Shown: positions 24,478 to 37,810, numbered from the stretch's first letter. The stretch: 64,000 nt of DNA from Nemertoderma westbladi (GCA_032718475.1 JAUCBJ010004629.1:1-64000); one strand, 5' to 3'. A program made the numbers and translations. The notes: generated by a model from the sequence alone, not told the origin.

Positions 24478-26792
24478 TTGTAACTACAAGGCAGCAATAG
24501 AAATATTGCAGCGCAGATAGCTTTTCTTGACTCCATCCCTGCCTTCCGATTCTTATTGCGTCTGTACTATAAATATTTTATTCCCTTCTCAGGTAAATTA
24601 CAGATATAACAAAGGGCTTTCGATCACACCTAAGTCCAGATGAGCCTTTGCGTAGAGATACAATTAGAGGCTGTGCATCTGCTGGCGTATTAGAGAACAG
24701 GGAGATAGGAGTCCACATCCATTCCGCAGTCCACAGACTGTATGAATGGGATATCTGCTGCTTCTAAAACTTGCACTATGACAGCCAGGATTAATAAGAA
24801 CTCAGTTCCTCCATCTGGCGAGAATACCTGAGCTTTAGTGTCACAATAATTAATTGTAACCATCAAATACCAGAAACTCTCAAATTAATAATGATTTTAA
24901 AAATAAATATAATAATTTTTTTTATAAAATTGCCAATTATCAGAAATAGAAAATGAAAATACAAAAAGTTTCCGAAAATTGAACGAAAATGAACATTTTT
25001 TAAATATCACGCCGGCTGCTAGGAGGCTCCAAAAAAATACTTTTTAAGTTGTTATTTACTTTAGTTCATTCTTTTTTGGGTGATAGATCGTTTTCTATGC
25101 ATTTTTCAACCACATTATATACAAATAAAAAAAAACACTAGGGGTTTTATTTTATTCGTTCACAATTTTATGGCGGTTCTTTATTTGTTTGCTGATGGTG
25201 ATGATATGTTACTTTTGTGGCCTTCTGTTGTTGGGCTTAAATACATTAGATTCGACATAAGATTAGGCATATTGTACTGATTGAATATAAGTTACGAATG
25301 CCGATACAAATAAATCAATACTAAATGTATCCCATCCCGTTCCAGAACAGGATGGAAGCCGCCAAGTATTAAAATTACTCTCAATAATGTCTCTCTACCA
25401 TCATTGGTGGAACAAGGACTACATTTAGGAATCTTGCTTGACTTCAAATGTTGATGCTACAGTTTTTTCTACGGTACCGGTATCGCAGTCGTACGATGTA
25501 TACCCTTTGTAATAAAAATATACGTTATATTTGGTGCTTACCATATAATAGCCATAGATGCATAGTTGTTGATATTATTATTTTCCACACCTAAAGGCGA
25601 AGGTAATGCTTAGTAAACATTTAGTTAAATTTGCTACTAATGGGGTTAATGACTCAAATTCATAACCAGATTAATTAGATGCAATAATATCACAGAAACA
25701 CAATGGCGTTTACAGAATTCAATAAGATGCTAAAATAGCCGAGATATTGGTGTTTTCAGTTTAAAAATTATTCAAAATATGAAAACGATCTGTGATTGGT
25801 CGTGACATCACTATACCCCTCCGAATCCCATTTATTTCAACATTCAGATACCTGATACTATCTTTGTATAAAATGGGGCAGTTCGTTACTGTAGGGACTG
25901 CTACATTAGTACTGTAGTAAAGCAGTACAGTGCAGCAGTCACCGGTACAAGCACTGCAGCACTGTATATTTGCTTATTTATATGGCGAACGCAGAGTAAA
26001 CGGGATAATGGCAAGGCACAAGGAGGAGCGAACAGGGGTTCCCGGAACAACGGCAACAGCAAGGAGGAGCGAATACGGCGAATGGGAGTACCTGGAGCCG
26101 CGAGCCGGAACGCCCATGAGAATGGGGCCTACCATTAAGCCTACTACGAAGGTACTGACAAATGAAGAAAATGATATACGTATAGGCCTATATAGATATT
26201 ATGACCTGGCGGGTTCAGGCAAGAGGAGAATGAGATTGTATCTGTATGGGCCGTATCAGATGTGTACAGTCAAGGAGGAATCGACCAACGGTTAGTGTTA
26301 ACGCTCATCATGGGGGTCTGAGGATGAGTGTGTGAATCGACAAAATGCTAATAATGATACTGGAACTAGTGGCGACGTAGTCTCTTATGTATTGCTGCAA
26401 AGTGCTGTTAGAAACGACTGAACGATGTTTGGTTGCCTAACAGAGTTGGTTAAACTATCTTACTTGAAAGCATCCAGCATATAGACACGAGATTGCCATT
26501 AGGGCTCCGTGAGTTATCATATCCCAACCGCTTTCATTGACTCGGACTGCCCACATTTGAGTATCGATTCCACCTAAATTATCATTAACACATTCATTGC
26601 AGTAGAAATCAGCATCGTAATTGAAGGCAACTCCTATACATTTTGTGCAGGCCCAAATTATCATTGCAGATATCACACTGATATATTGTATGTTTCAGAT
26701 ATACTTGTATGTGGCCAAAGTAACCCTGTTCTCCGCCTTGGGCACCTGGGATACTGTCAGTCAGTCATATCCCACCAACCCACTATCCCATC

Positions 26793-29700
26793 TGTGGTGA
26801 TACGATGAATAAGTCAGATAGTCATTCGTAATATATAATCATAAATGCAATATACACAATAATGTGTACGTGTACATCAATGCAGTAGCCCATGCAGTGT
26901 GTACTGACCTATACTGCAGTGTGTACTACCAGACTGATAATATGACATGCAGACATGCGGACCACCACCTGAGTCCGCCACCGCCACCTGAGTATGTGTC
27001 ATGCAGTCGGGTAAATCTTTTCGACCTACGCGTAGGCCTACGCGTAGCTACGCGTAGCTACGCGTAGCTACGCGTAGTTTGTAACTTCCATTCCTGTCAT
27101 TTACCGGTAGGGCCAGACTTACTGCCTTTTTAACAACTACGCGTAGGTGTTTTAAAACTACGCGTAGTTATTTTGGAACTACGCGTAGGTATTTTGAAAC
27201 TACGCGTAGGTGCTACGCGTAGCTACGCGTAGGTGCTACGCGTAGCAGTCCTGATAACAATGATTTTTCATTTCAGGTCCGGTAGGGTTGAGTTGTTAGG
27301 CAAGTATCGGTATATGTCAGGTATCTGATTATCAGACAAATGTAATAACAGAATCGGAAACTCATATCTCTACATACAGCACTGGTAATAAATAATATTC
27401 GGCTCTTTCACATACAAACACAGAGGATGAATAAAAAATAAACTTGAAATTCACGTCTCATGATTCAAGTATCTTTGTTTCCATTGGATTATTTAAATAT
27501 TGAACAGTAGTAAATAAAGCGACCAGTCTACAGGTGAAGAGGTTAAGCGAAAGCTGATAAATACTGCATATAATCAAATTGTTTGGTCAAATGACAAGTG
27601 CAACCAATCATGGTAGACAATTTAGTCTCCCCCTTCCCTTGTCAAGGGGTTAACATATTAAATACAGTATATCCTTGCCCTATCGTGAACAAAGGCAATA
27701 AAAAGCATAGAGAATCGATAAGAACCATCGGCCTATTTCCTTTGTAAACTATTTTTGAACTCTAAACATTAATTATTAACACATTTTACCGCCCGCAACG
27801 CATGAAGTGAAGAATATGTAGTTTTCGCGTATTCCTCTATATAGAGTATACAGGTATAGGATACATTACTGTTGAAAGCATTTGATGGTTGTGGGTTGTT
27901 TATTGAACATACCGTATTGTGTCTTATTTTAGTACTGACTCGCTTGGAATACGTAAGCCTACTAATGATAAACGACGTACTGACGTATAGGCATAGTTAT
28001 GGGTAGCACCTATGCGTAGGTCGCGTAGGACCTACGCGTAGCTACGCGTAGCACCTACGCGTAGCTACGCGTAGCACCTACGCGTAGCTACGCGTAGCAC
28101 CTACGCGTAGTTATTGTTAAAACTCTGAAACTGGTGATATATGACCCAATGTTGCGAACTACGCGTAGCTACGCGTAGCTACGCGTAGGCCTACGCGTAG
28201 GTCGAAAAGATTTACCCCATGCAGTCATGAATGTGAAACACGTTCACCGCCACCATATAATATCACAACACCCCCTTTCTAAGTTTGTTTATGTCTATCA
28301 AACAGGTAATTATGCATCAAATTATATTTGTCTCTATAGCCGGTCAGGCGTATGCCTCAAGCGGGTCGGGTATGTGCGACATTGTAGACTCGATGATGAG
28401 TTCGTCCACCCATTGAACACGCTTGGGTATCGGAGTGGTGTTAGTGGTGGGAGAGGCTTTGGTAGTGTCCCGGAGTAAGTAATGGCGGTTCCTTGTAAGA
28501 CATCGTCCGGAAGGAGTTCTAAGTTTGTATTTCCTGTTATTGGCCGACTCGACTACAACACCTGTGCGGTCCCAGCGCTTCGACGAAGGCTCCTGGATGA
28601 GTACGTGGTCTCCCACCGCGAGTGGGGGAAGCAATTTAGCTCCGTGGTTGTAGTGCGCCGTTTGCGATTGAAGAGGGATGGGTGTGGCTCGATCGAGCTC
28701 CATTCGAATTGCCTGATGTTGAGGGAGGAAGGTCCGGCTGTGTGCCGGAACTCGCAAACGTATGGGTTGGCCGAACAATATCTGGGCTGGCGATTTCCCA
28801 TGCGCTCGGGGAGAGTTACAGAGTTCCAGGAGGCCCTCCTGGAATGCTGGAGAGTTTAACTTCCCCCCAGTTTTCGTAAGTAGTGCCTTTAGAGCCTTCA
28901 CTGTTGATTCTGCGTGGCCGTAGCTTTGGGCGTATTCTGGGGAGGAGGTTATGGACTCAACCCGAACCGTACAAAAACGTCTCATACTTTGTCTGCGATT
29001 GAGGCGGCGGTGCGGTAGCTGGTAAATCCGAATACTTCAGGCCATCCGGAATATCGGTCTGCAACTGCAAGGTAATTATTACCATTCAGGGCGAAGAGAT
29101 CACCCGAGATCTCCTCGAAGGGTTGTGAGGCATCACAGTTGCGCATGAATGGCTCCTTAGCGAGGCTGGAACGTAGGGTGATGCATGTTCGCAGGAAGTT
29201 ACCGTAGTTCTGACATCGTTGGTCAGTCCGGGCCAGTAGACATTCTGGCGGGCACGACGAAGAGTTTATTCTACCCCCTGGTGAGCGGCATGTAGCCGCA
29301 CCAATATATCCTGGCGGTCTGCCCGCAGGATTACAAGTCGATGTCTGTAAAGGACGAGATCGTGGTCGGTTGTGAGTTCCTCACGGATTCCCCAGTAGGG
29401 TTGGATTCCCGGCAGGTGGCGAGACTTCTGCGGGAACCCTGATTAGATGGCGTTGTGTAGAGCGACATAATCCGGGTTGCCCCGAGCCGTTGTGGACAAT
29501 AACCGGAGGAGTAGGTCTGGTTGACCTTCCGTAGACTCATAGTCATCCTCGAGCGATGCGGCAGTCTGTGTCGTGACTGAGCACATATAGTTCGCCATTT
29601 CACCGTCATCAGTGATGTCGTTGGGAGATGGGTCGTCGACTGGGGAACGGGACAAGGCGTCCGGAATCCTGTGATCCTTCCCGTTTCTTCCAAACTGTTT

Positions 29701-32042
29701 TGAAGGTGAAGGTATTGAGTTTTGACTTCAGATGCTGGATTCTCATGTTGTCCATGGCGTCGAGTGTCTGGTGATCTAGGATTGACACCAGCGGTTGGTG
29801 ATCCACTACCAGAGTAAAGTGTGGGAGTCCGACAAGGTATAGGCGACACTTGTGGACTGCCCAAGCGACGGCAAGGAGCTCCAGCTCAACCATCGCATAT
29901 CGTGTCTCCGTTTCTGTAATGAAACGGGAGCCGCATTCAATGAGCTTCCATACATCATCGTGGTTCTGTAGAAGAACGTAGCCGAGACCATTTTTTCTAG
30001 AAGCATCGGTTTCAGGTTTAGTTTCGAAACTTGGGTCGAAGGGAGCGAGAATTAGGGGCGAAACGAGCGCCTTCTTCGTCGCCTCGAATGCCGCCTCGTG
30101 GGCGCTGTTCCAATCAAAGGAGTTGCTGGAACGTAGCAGAGGATGGAGCGGAGACATCATTCCGGAGATGTCAGTTGAGAAGGGGGTGAGTTGTTCTACC
30201 AATCCCAGGAAGCTTCGCAAATCCGTAATATTAGTTAGCCTGGGAAAACTCGCTATAGCCCGGACCTTCACTGGGTCTGCGTGAATCCAGTCGGCCCCGA
30301 CAATGTAGTCAGCAAATTTCACCTCGCGTTTGGCGAACTGGACTTTATTGGGGTTGAGGGTTATTCCGGTCTCGCGGCAGCGGAGGAGAAACCGTCAGAC
30401 ACTGGCGAGATGATTATTTAGATTGTCGTCGTAAATAAGAATGTCGTTGACGACTTTAACGAGTCCAGGGATGTCGCGTAATGCATCATTGCCAGGACGA
30501 TTAAATTCGTCCTGGCGCGATATTATTCCCATAACATTCCTCTTGTATTTGTACTGACCCCATAGTGTTACGAATGTAGTGAATGAGTTGGGATGCTGGT
30601 GCGAGTGGAACTTGCCAGTAACCCGCCGCAGCGTCGAATACCGAGAATACCTGTATGGTGGTATTCTGGTGACCGCCACCCGGGAACTCGGGGTAGGGTA
30701 ATAAGTTTCAATTACTCCACGTCGCTCCATTGAGTCAATCTGCTCCTTGACCTTGTCACGGAGAGCGAAAGGAATAGGCCGTAAACCATTGACGTGGAAT
30801 GGTGACGCACCCTTTTTAAGTCGATTCGCATCGGTTCCCCCTTTAAAACTCCACATGGTTGGTTGGCATCGTCGAATAGGTCGGCGTGCTCGCCAAAGAT
30901 GTTTTCCCAAATCTTTGGAAGCATCATTGGCGACGTGATGGCGGACACCGAAACGAACGGCTGGGGAAAGTTGGGGTGGAGTAGGTTTAATCCTCGTAAT
31001 GCCTTGTAGGAAAGGATTAGGTTGTCCACCTCCGGAGATACAGCAATTAAACTCGTCGTAGAGTTCCCGGCATATTCGATGCGCGATGGGAATAATCCGA
31101 TTATCTCGAGGGGAAGGTGGTTAGCTGCGCGTATATCCGCGGATGGATACAGGATCAGGTCCCGACGGCGTCCGCCCATCCACCTGAAAATATCCTGATT
31201 CAGCACGGCGGCGGCCGAGCCGCTGTCCAGGAGAACGTTGCGAATTTTTCCGCAAATCTCACCATTGTCCCGGCCAAATACGTCAACAGTTATACGCGGG
31301 AGAATGCAGGCGAAGTCGAGTGAGTTTACTCCGTCGCCCTCCGTTATAGTGTTGACCTGTGGCATATTCCTAGGTTTGTACTTATCCGGATTTTTGTCTT
31401 TTGATCGGCAAACAGCGCGAAGGTGTCCGTATTTATGGCAGTTGTTACACTTGGCATTCCTAGCCGGACAGTTTGACTTCCCCGGGGTGTGGTCCCGGCC
31501 GCATTTTGTGCATGCCGCATCTGTACTATTTGAGCGGGACAAAGGAGGTTGTCGGGAGGTTGAACATCCTTGTTTATACTTTGACGTCACCTTGTTGATA
31601 GGCTTCCCGCTGCCGATTACATTGTTGTTGTGTTCGCTTGCTTCCCATGACTGGCATATCTGCACGCAGTCCGCCAGTGTAGGTTGAGGTAGCACCTTTA
31701 GTGAGCTCGGTCCGTGTCTTGGACAAGTGAATACTGACTAGTATCTGTGTGACAATCTGTCAGTCGCGACAATGTGTGCAGAGTTCGGTGTCATTGGCGA
31801 TCTCTTCCAGGTTTACCCGGAATGAATTGAAGGACTCATTCGGACCCTGTTTTCAGCCGTGGAAGCGAAGTACGTGTACATCAATGCAGTAGCCTGTGCA
31901 GTGTACTGACCTATACTGCAGTGTGTACCACCAGACTGATAATATGACATGCAGACATGCGGACTGTCCTACCACCACCTGAGTATGTGTCATGCAGTCA
32001 TGAAAGTGAAACACGTTCACCGCCACCATATAATATCCAACA
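26793..32042 (-). mobile_element. Gypsy/Ty3 LTR retrotransposon (Mag-like), decayed
   Basis: 5-bp TSD CCATC (26788-26792, 32043-32047); TG...CA ends; LTRs 26793-28270 (interrupted) and ~31870-32042 (truncated); PPT at 28271-28279. Two gag CCHC knuckles, protease LLDSGS, RT, RNase H TDASR..ELELLA..DHQPL, then integrase. Confidence 0.92.
27009..28217. mobile_element. MULE-like foldback element with CTACGCGTAG palindrome arrays, inserted in the Gypsy LTR
   Basis: 9-bp TSD CATGCAGTC (27000-27008, 28218-28226); perfect ends gggtaaatcttttcgacctacgcgtaggcctacgcgtag; the empty site is visible in the other LTR at 31991-31999. Confidence 0.9.
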
Positions 32043-33692
32043 CCATCCAAGGCATATTATTTACTACGCCTTGGCATATAGTATGTCTTGGTCCCATCCC
32101 AATCCCACGAACATCTGTTTCATAATATATCATCAGTGGTAGATCTACTGTAGGACTTGGAAGCAAGGGGGGGGGGGGGGCACTTGACGCAAATTAAAGT
32201 AACAACAAAGCAATAGACGAAAGTCAATAGGCTACGGTTAGTTATATTTGATTGCGTTGAAGTTATAAGTTAAATCCATTAAAATATCATACGACAGTTT
32301 ATAGTAGATCAAAATGGCCTGACAGTCGCATTAAGATTTATAAAATAAAGAATACGTAAAATCAACATATATTATTTATTTTATACAACAATATCAATCG
32401 ATATCAATAATCAACAAGACAACAATCAATAGACATTCAACACAAAATTTCATTAACAAATATTGCGAAAACATAATTTAAATTAATTTGAAAAAGGGTT
32501 AGAATAAATAATCCATAAAAATTCAATGACTCTGAAATGTGTATTCCGTATTAATCAGTCTATTATAATTAAATCTTTTAAGCAACTGGTAAAATTGCTC
32601 TAAATCCCATCAGTAGAATCGATACTCAAATGTGGGCAATCCGAGGCAACGAAAGTGGAGCCCGAATGGCAATCTTGTATCTCTACGCTGAATGCTTTCT
32701 AGTAAGATAGTTTAACCAACTCTGTTATCAGCCAAAGATAGTAGTTCAACATTCAGTCGTTTCTAACAGCGCTTTGCAGCAATACATCAGCGACTACGTC
32801 ACCACTAGTTCCGGTATCATTGTTAGCATTTTGTCAAATCACGCACTCATCCTCAGACCCCCATGATGAGCGTTAACACTAACCATTGGTCGATTCCTCC
32901 TTTACTGTACACATCTGATACGGCCCATACAGATACAAGGTCATTATCCTCTTGCATGAACCCGCCAGGTCATAATATCTATATAGGCCTATATGTACAT
33001 CATTTTCTTCCTTTGTCAGTACCATCATAGTAGGCTTAATGGGACATTCACATGGGTGTTCCAGCTCGTGGCTCCAGCAGTCCAGGTACTCCCATTCTCC
33101 ATATTCGCTCCTCCTTGCCGTTGCTATTGTTCCCGCATTATAAATCCCCACCATTCACTGTATACATAAGCAAGTATACAGTGCTACAGTGCTTGTACTG
33201 GTGACTGCTACACTGTACTGCTGTACTAGAGTACTAATGTAGCAGTCCCTGCATTAACAAACTGCCCCAATTTATACAAAGATAGTATTAGGAATCTGAA
33301 TGTTGATATAATTATAAATGGGATTCAGAGGCATAGTGATGTCACGACCAATCACAGATCGTTTTCAAATTTTGAATAATTTTTAAACTGAAAACACAAA
33401 TATCTCGGCTATTTTAGCATCTTATTGAATTCTGTAAACACCATTGTGTTTCTATGATATTATTGCATCTAATTTATCTGGTTTTGAATTTGAGTCATGA
33501 ACTCCATTCTTTTTTTTGGCCAATTTGGTATTTTCCGATTATAGAAGTAGAATTAGTGCTAACTTACATATGATAGGGAATGAGTGTGGTTTCTGTATTT
33601 TAAATAATCTAACTGACTTATCTGCTTATAACTATTATAAATCTTCCAGTAATTATAACTTTTTGTTGGGCACAGTTTTTGCAAAGTCGGCA

Positions 33693-34772
33693 ATGACGTC
33701 CAGGTACAACCTCCTATCTCGACTTTGTAAACATGAGATTATTGGAATCCCAAGAATAAACCTATTGGTTGGCCTATTCTATGCCGTCTGCTCTGGATTG
33801 ATGCCATTTTCAAATAAAATGTTACTGGAATATTACCAATTCAACTGTTTCAATATGCTAATTCTATGTCAATCAGTTGCTGTTGTTATATTATTTGCAA
33901 TATTGAATTATTGTAAAATTATTAAAATCGACAATGTTAATTTCGTTGCTGGTAGATATATGCTGCTGTTTTCCGGATGCTATTATACAAACGCGCTAGC
34001 TACTTTGTATACATTGGTGGGATTAGACATACCAATGTACAACGCTATTAAAAGAACGGTACCCTTCGTTAACCTAATACTCTTATATTGCCTTCTCAGC
34101 AAAAGGAGCCCTACTAAACTGAAAAATACTGCAGTGTTTGTCATGACAGCGGGGTGCCTAATGGCAGGAATCGGAGAGACTAATCACAACTTATTGGCTT
34201 ATATGTGGGGGATTGTTTGTGTGACGTCACAAGGTGTCTATCTCACTGTATCACAGAAACTTTCCGAAGAATGCCACTTATCTACAATAACTATTATTTA
34301 CATGAATTCTCTTCAAACTGCTGTTATTTCAGCTGTTGGTGTTCTTATTTCAAATGAATATAATCATCTTAAGCAAAGAATAGGTGACAAACATGATGGA
34401 ACAGAGCTCTTATTGGCTTTCATACTAGCATTGACCAATAGCACTCTGTCAATGGCATCCAAATTTCTCTGCACTAATAGAAACTCCGCGCTAACCACTA
34501 GTGTGATTGGAGTTGCCAAGGGAACTGTTTCATCCTGTTTTGGATTGCTTGGCTTTCAAAACCAAACAATAACGCCATTATATCTTTTAGGATTATCCAC
34601 GAACACAGTGGGGGGTGTATGTTATGTGTTTGCGAGTAAATGGAACAGCGTTGATGTCTCTGGTAAAGAAAATCATTTCCAGGATGATTCTAGCAACATC
34701 GATGATGTGCATCATGATGATTCTATTATTAATATCCCCAATGGTAGTTGTCAAGGGACTTCCATTGTTTAA
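33693..34772 (+). CDS. SLC35D-family nucleotide-sugar transporter (SLC35D3-like), copy 1, 359 aa
   Basis: Multi-TM ORF with FYAVCS...NK.LL, DIPMYNAIKRTVP (cf. SLC35D3 PMY..KR..P), FLCT..NSALTTSVIGVAK, GG..Y. First in-frame ATG after the putative acceptor at 33648-33649. Confidence 0.85.
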   Translation: MTSRYNLLSRLCKHEIIGIPRINLLVGLFYAVCSGLMPFSNKMLLEYYQFNCFNMLILCQSVAVVILFAILNYCKIIKIDNVNFVAGRYMLLFSGCYYTNALATLYTLVGLDIPMYNAIKRTVPFVNLILLYCLLSKRSPTKLKNTAVFVMTAGCLMAGIGETNHNLLAYMWGIVCVTSQGVYLTVSQKLSEECHLSTITIIYMNSLQTAVISAVGVLISNEYNHLKQRIGDKHDGTELLLAFILALTNSTLSMASKFLCTNRNSALTTSVIGVAKGTVSSCFGLLGFQNQTITPLYLLGLSTNTVGGVCYVFASKWNSVDVSGKENHFQDDSSNIDDVHHDDSIINIPNGSCQGTSIV

Positions 34773-35049
34773 CATTATGAAGGTGACGGGTTGCGGTGAC
34801 GGTGAAGGTGACGGTGACGAGGTAGCTTCACCAATTTAAACAAATGAATCAACATTTCTGACGTTAGAGGGTATGCCAGAATTGCCACTCATCTATTACA
34901 TTGTGTATTTATTAATATATATATATAAATTTAAATTGCACTAAATTAACTACATAAGGAAATAATATTAATGGAATGTTCAGAGAGAAATTAATGAAGC
35001 ATTGATAGAATTTATACAGTAAATAGTATAGTAGCATAGTTTTTGGGTT

Positions 35050-36420
35050 TCAGTAAGAAGGTTTGAGTTTTTCAGTTTCATGTTGTTGCCTCAAATCCCC
35101 AAATCCAAGCCCACGCCACGAACGATGGCCACCATGGAGGCAGAGTAAGCTTGACCGGAGATGTGCGATTTGAAGGCGCTGCCTTAGACCCCACAATACA
35201 CAAGCGAGGCCCCTTTCTCTCATTCCTTGGTGTTTTAATACCAGGGCCTTCGCAATATGTTTTATGAGTATCTGGGCTTCATGGCACCAGACTCCATCAG
35301 TAGCACCAACAAGGGGGGTGGAGGACATCCTCCGGTCTTCATACACGGTGCGGTAATGTCGCATTTTATAGCGGCAGCATTTGTCCAACAGTGACTCAGT
35401 AGAGTGGTTTGTTTGGGAGTAAGAGGTGGCAACAGCATTGATAACTGCGACATCGAACAATGCCACAATTTGAGAAGCACAACCCTGAGCTACCAAGTCA
35501 GCATGAACACCACTGACTGCGATCCCGGCGCTATTGTGGTGGTCTTGCAACAGTGTTACCTCCTGCTCCACGCTTGATGGTCCTACAACAGTGGCCAAGA
35601 GGTCCCCAAATGCCTCCCAGACTTCATTGTGACATTTCATGAACAGACCTTCCAACTTGCAGCTCAGTGCATAGGTGGAGGAGAACTCGCCTCCACACTC
35701 CTCATACATCCCCTGTAGACTGGGAGGGACCATGCAGTACCAGAGTACAAGATTATCATGGAACTCCTCCGCACTGAGGTCTGTCCCGTCGAGCTCAGAA
35801 GGCTGTGCAGTCAACCATCCACCAGTCTTGTAATTTACTGCCCATCCCACTGTTCTCCGTTGGTTGGTGGGTAGGTTTCTAGAGCAGCATCACGCACCTC
35901 GAGAAACCATGTTTCGATTAGTTCCCATGACTCTGAGGGCCTGGTTCATGTGAACCAAAATATCAGGCACCTGTAGTGGTACAACAGTTTGTAATGCCTC
36001 GTTGACCATGGATGCGTTCCTGGTTGTATTGCATTGTAGTAGAAGGTTGCGGAGACCAATTCCACCATGAGGAGCGGGGAGAAGGACAAGGTCTTCCTCG
36101 GTCTGGTTAAGAGTGGTCCCAAAAAGGACAGGAATGAAAACACAGAGCAGGGCTGCCCGGATAGGTGCGAGGTCTTCATTGGTAGTCGGAACAACCCGAA
36201 GAAGCTAATCCCACTCCACCTGAACATCAGAGATATACCAGTGTGGCCAGACTTCATAACTGCCGAGATTTAATGGATGTTCACCACCCATCCCTCCACC
36301 TTCTTCTCTACAAATGCGTTCCTGGTTGAAGGATCACTAGATACCACATCTGGATACCCCTGTCCCCGAACCACTCCCACACCTCCTCGTCACCAGCTAA
36401 CTACTTGTAACCATTTGGCA
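35050..36420 (-). mobile_element. CRE-clade RLE non-LTR retrotransposon, 3' fragment
   Basis: GWLTAQP...DLSAEEF.D.L, ALSCKL.G...HNEV, ADL..G, FDVAV, TPLV.ATDG...EA..LIKHIA (zinc knuckle and restriction-like endonuclease); upstream LP..HGGIG. Confidence 0.8.
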
Positions 36421-36924
36421 GTTTTCTCTCAATTGATAGTAATATTAATAATAATAATTCTTATTAAATAATAAACACGGTTACAATAAGAACAGATAGA
36501 ATAATAACAAACGAATTAGGAATTGTGCTGGTCATGGCAATGACCTAAGCACTATAAAACATTAGATCAGAAGATGAAACAAATGGATATTTATATATGA
36601 TGGACCAAGGTATAAATTAGTCCAGGCATGTTTTACAGAATTTTGGTTGCATTAAATCTAGTACGGGTCATCTAAACCCTATTTCTAAAACTTTTTCACA
36701 TCCACATTCCCAAAAACATACCTTCACGATGACACTATTAAATAGTATCCAGTGTGTTCAGTCATTGGATGATATGGTTGGTCATCTAGCAGACATCTGC
36801 TAGTGTGATGGATTCATCTATCTATTAAGAGTAAGAGAATCACTACTACTACGATGGGCATGCTGCAATACAGCTGCATTATATATATATATATTACATA
36901 TATATTAAGAATGCTGTGCCGGCT

Positions 36925-37810
36925 TGTTGACAAAATTGCGCCACCACAACTCTCTATCACCCATGACATTTGCTAGATCATCCGCATCTTCAAGGCCAGT
37001 GTCCTTTGATGCATCTCAAGAAAGTCATGGGCTGTCCACCATGATTATTCGCTCCATGAGGTTACCAAAGCAAAAGATTATGCACTGGCTGGTTCTCATG
37101 GTGAAAGCAATGTCCTGCAAAGTTGAGGTGGTTCCATTTAAGTGTCAAGCTAGGGGAGACTAATGGAACACCTCCAATGTTGTATAGTCTGATTGGAGAT
37201 GTGTTCAATGTACTTGGCACAATGAAACCGGCGCAGCATTCTTGTGAAAGTGCCATCTAGAGATTTGGTATACTCTGCAGTTAGACCCCAGCATGGACTC
37301 CCATATAAGAGTTCTGGTACTATTACTGCCATAAATAATCGAACCTTAAGGTTCTGTTTTATTCTATGGGACTTTCAAATCTTGGACAGACTATTTGATG
37401 CTGCCCATGCCTTCCCCTTACGCATCCGATGGTCTTCACCTGACTTTATGAACCATGATCCCAAGTAGCAGAAGTCATCCAAGAGCTCAACCAAGCTGTA
37501 CTTCGATCCTATGCCCTAAATCCCCTATCCCTTTGGGATCCCTCTAGTGGTTAGACAGTACTCCTAAGTCATCAGCAAAGTCTAGATCAGTACGGTACTT
37601 TGCTGGATTTCCTCTACTTCTTGTGTCAGTAGGGGGTGTTACCATCTTTATTAAGATGGTATAAGGTCACCATGAAGGACTCCCCATAAGACTGGATCTG
37701 TGGACGAGGATCTGTGTCACCATCAGCAGTAGACACAAACGTGGTGGAACCATCGTACAGTGATCTGATAGCTGCAATAATTTCCTCAGGGATCCCATAC
37801 GAATCACACT
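36925..37810 (-). mobile_element. RTE LINE fragment (copy 1)
   Basis: PELLYGSPCWGLT...LDGTFTRMLR; TDLDFADD in the DNA. Confidence 0.8.

Larger units (their letters stand above)
25642..33505. mobile_element. Non-autonomous DNA transposon with ~0.9-kb TIRs and AT TSD (ISL2EU/PIF-Harbinger-like), carrying nested elements
   Basis: 25642-~26570 is inverted to ~32616-33505; ends gg(g/a)gtt.atgactcaaattc; the empty site ctaATtc is present in the duplicate at 40152-40158. Confidence 0.8.

Noticed and set aside
25930-33154. Paired ORFs 25930-26295 and 32879-33154 as genes
   Set aside because: They are the two TIR copies, with no recognisable domain and differing N-termini.
33516-33692. N-terminal extension of transporter copy 1 from a TTG start (likewise 42114-42149)
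   Set aside because: Non-ATG starts called by the ORF finder; the region looks intronic and is not conserved as an open frame in the paralog.
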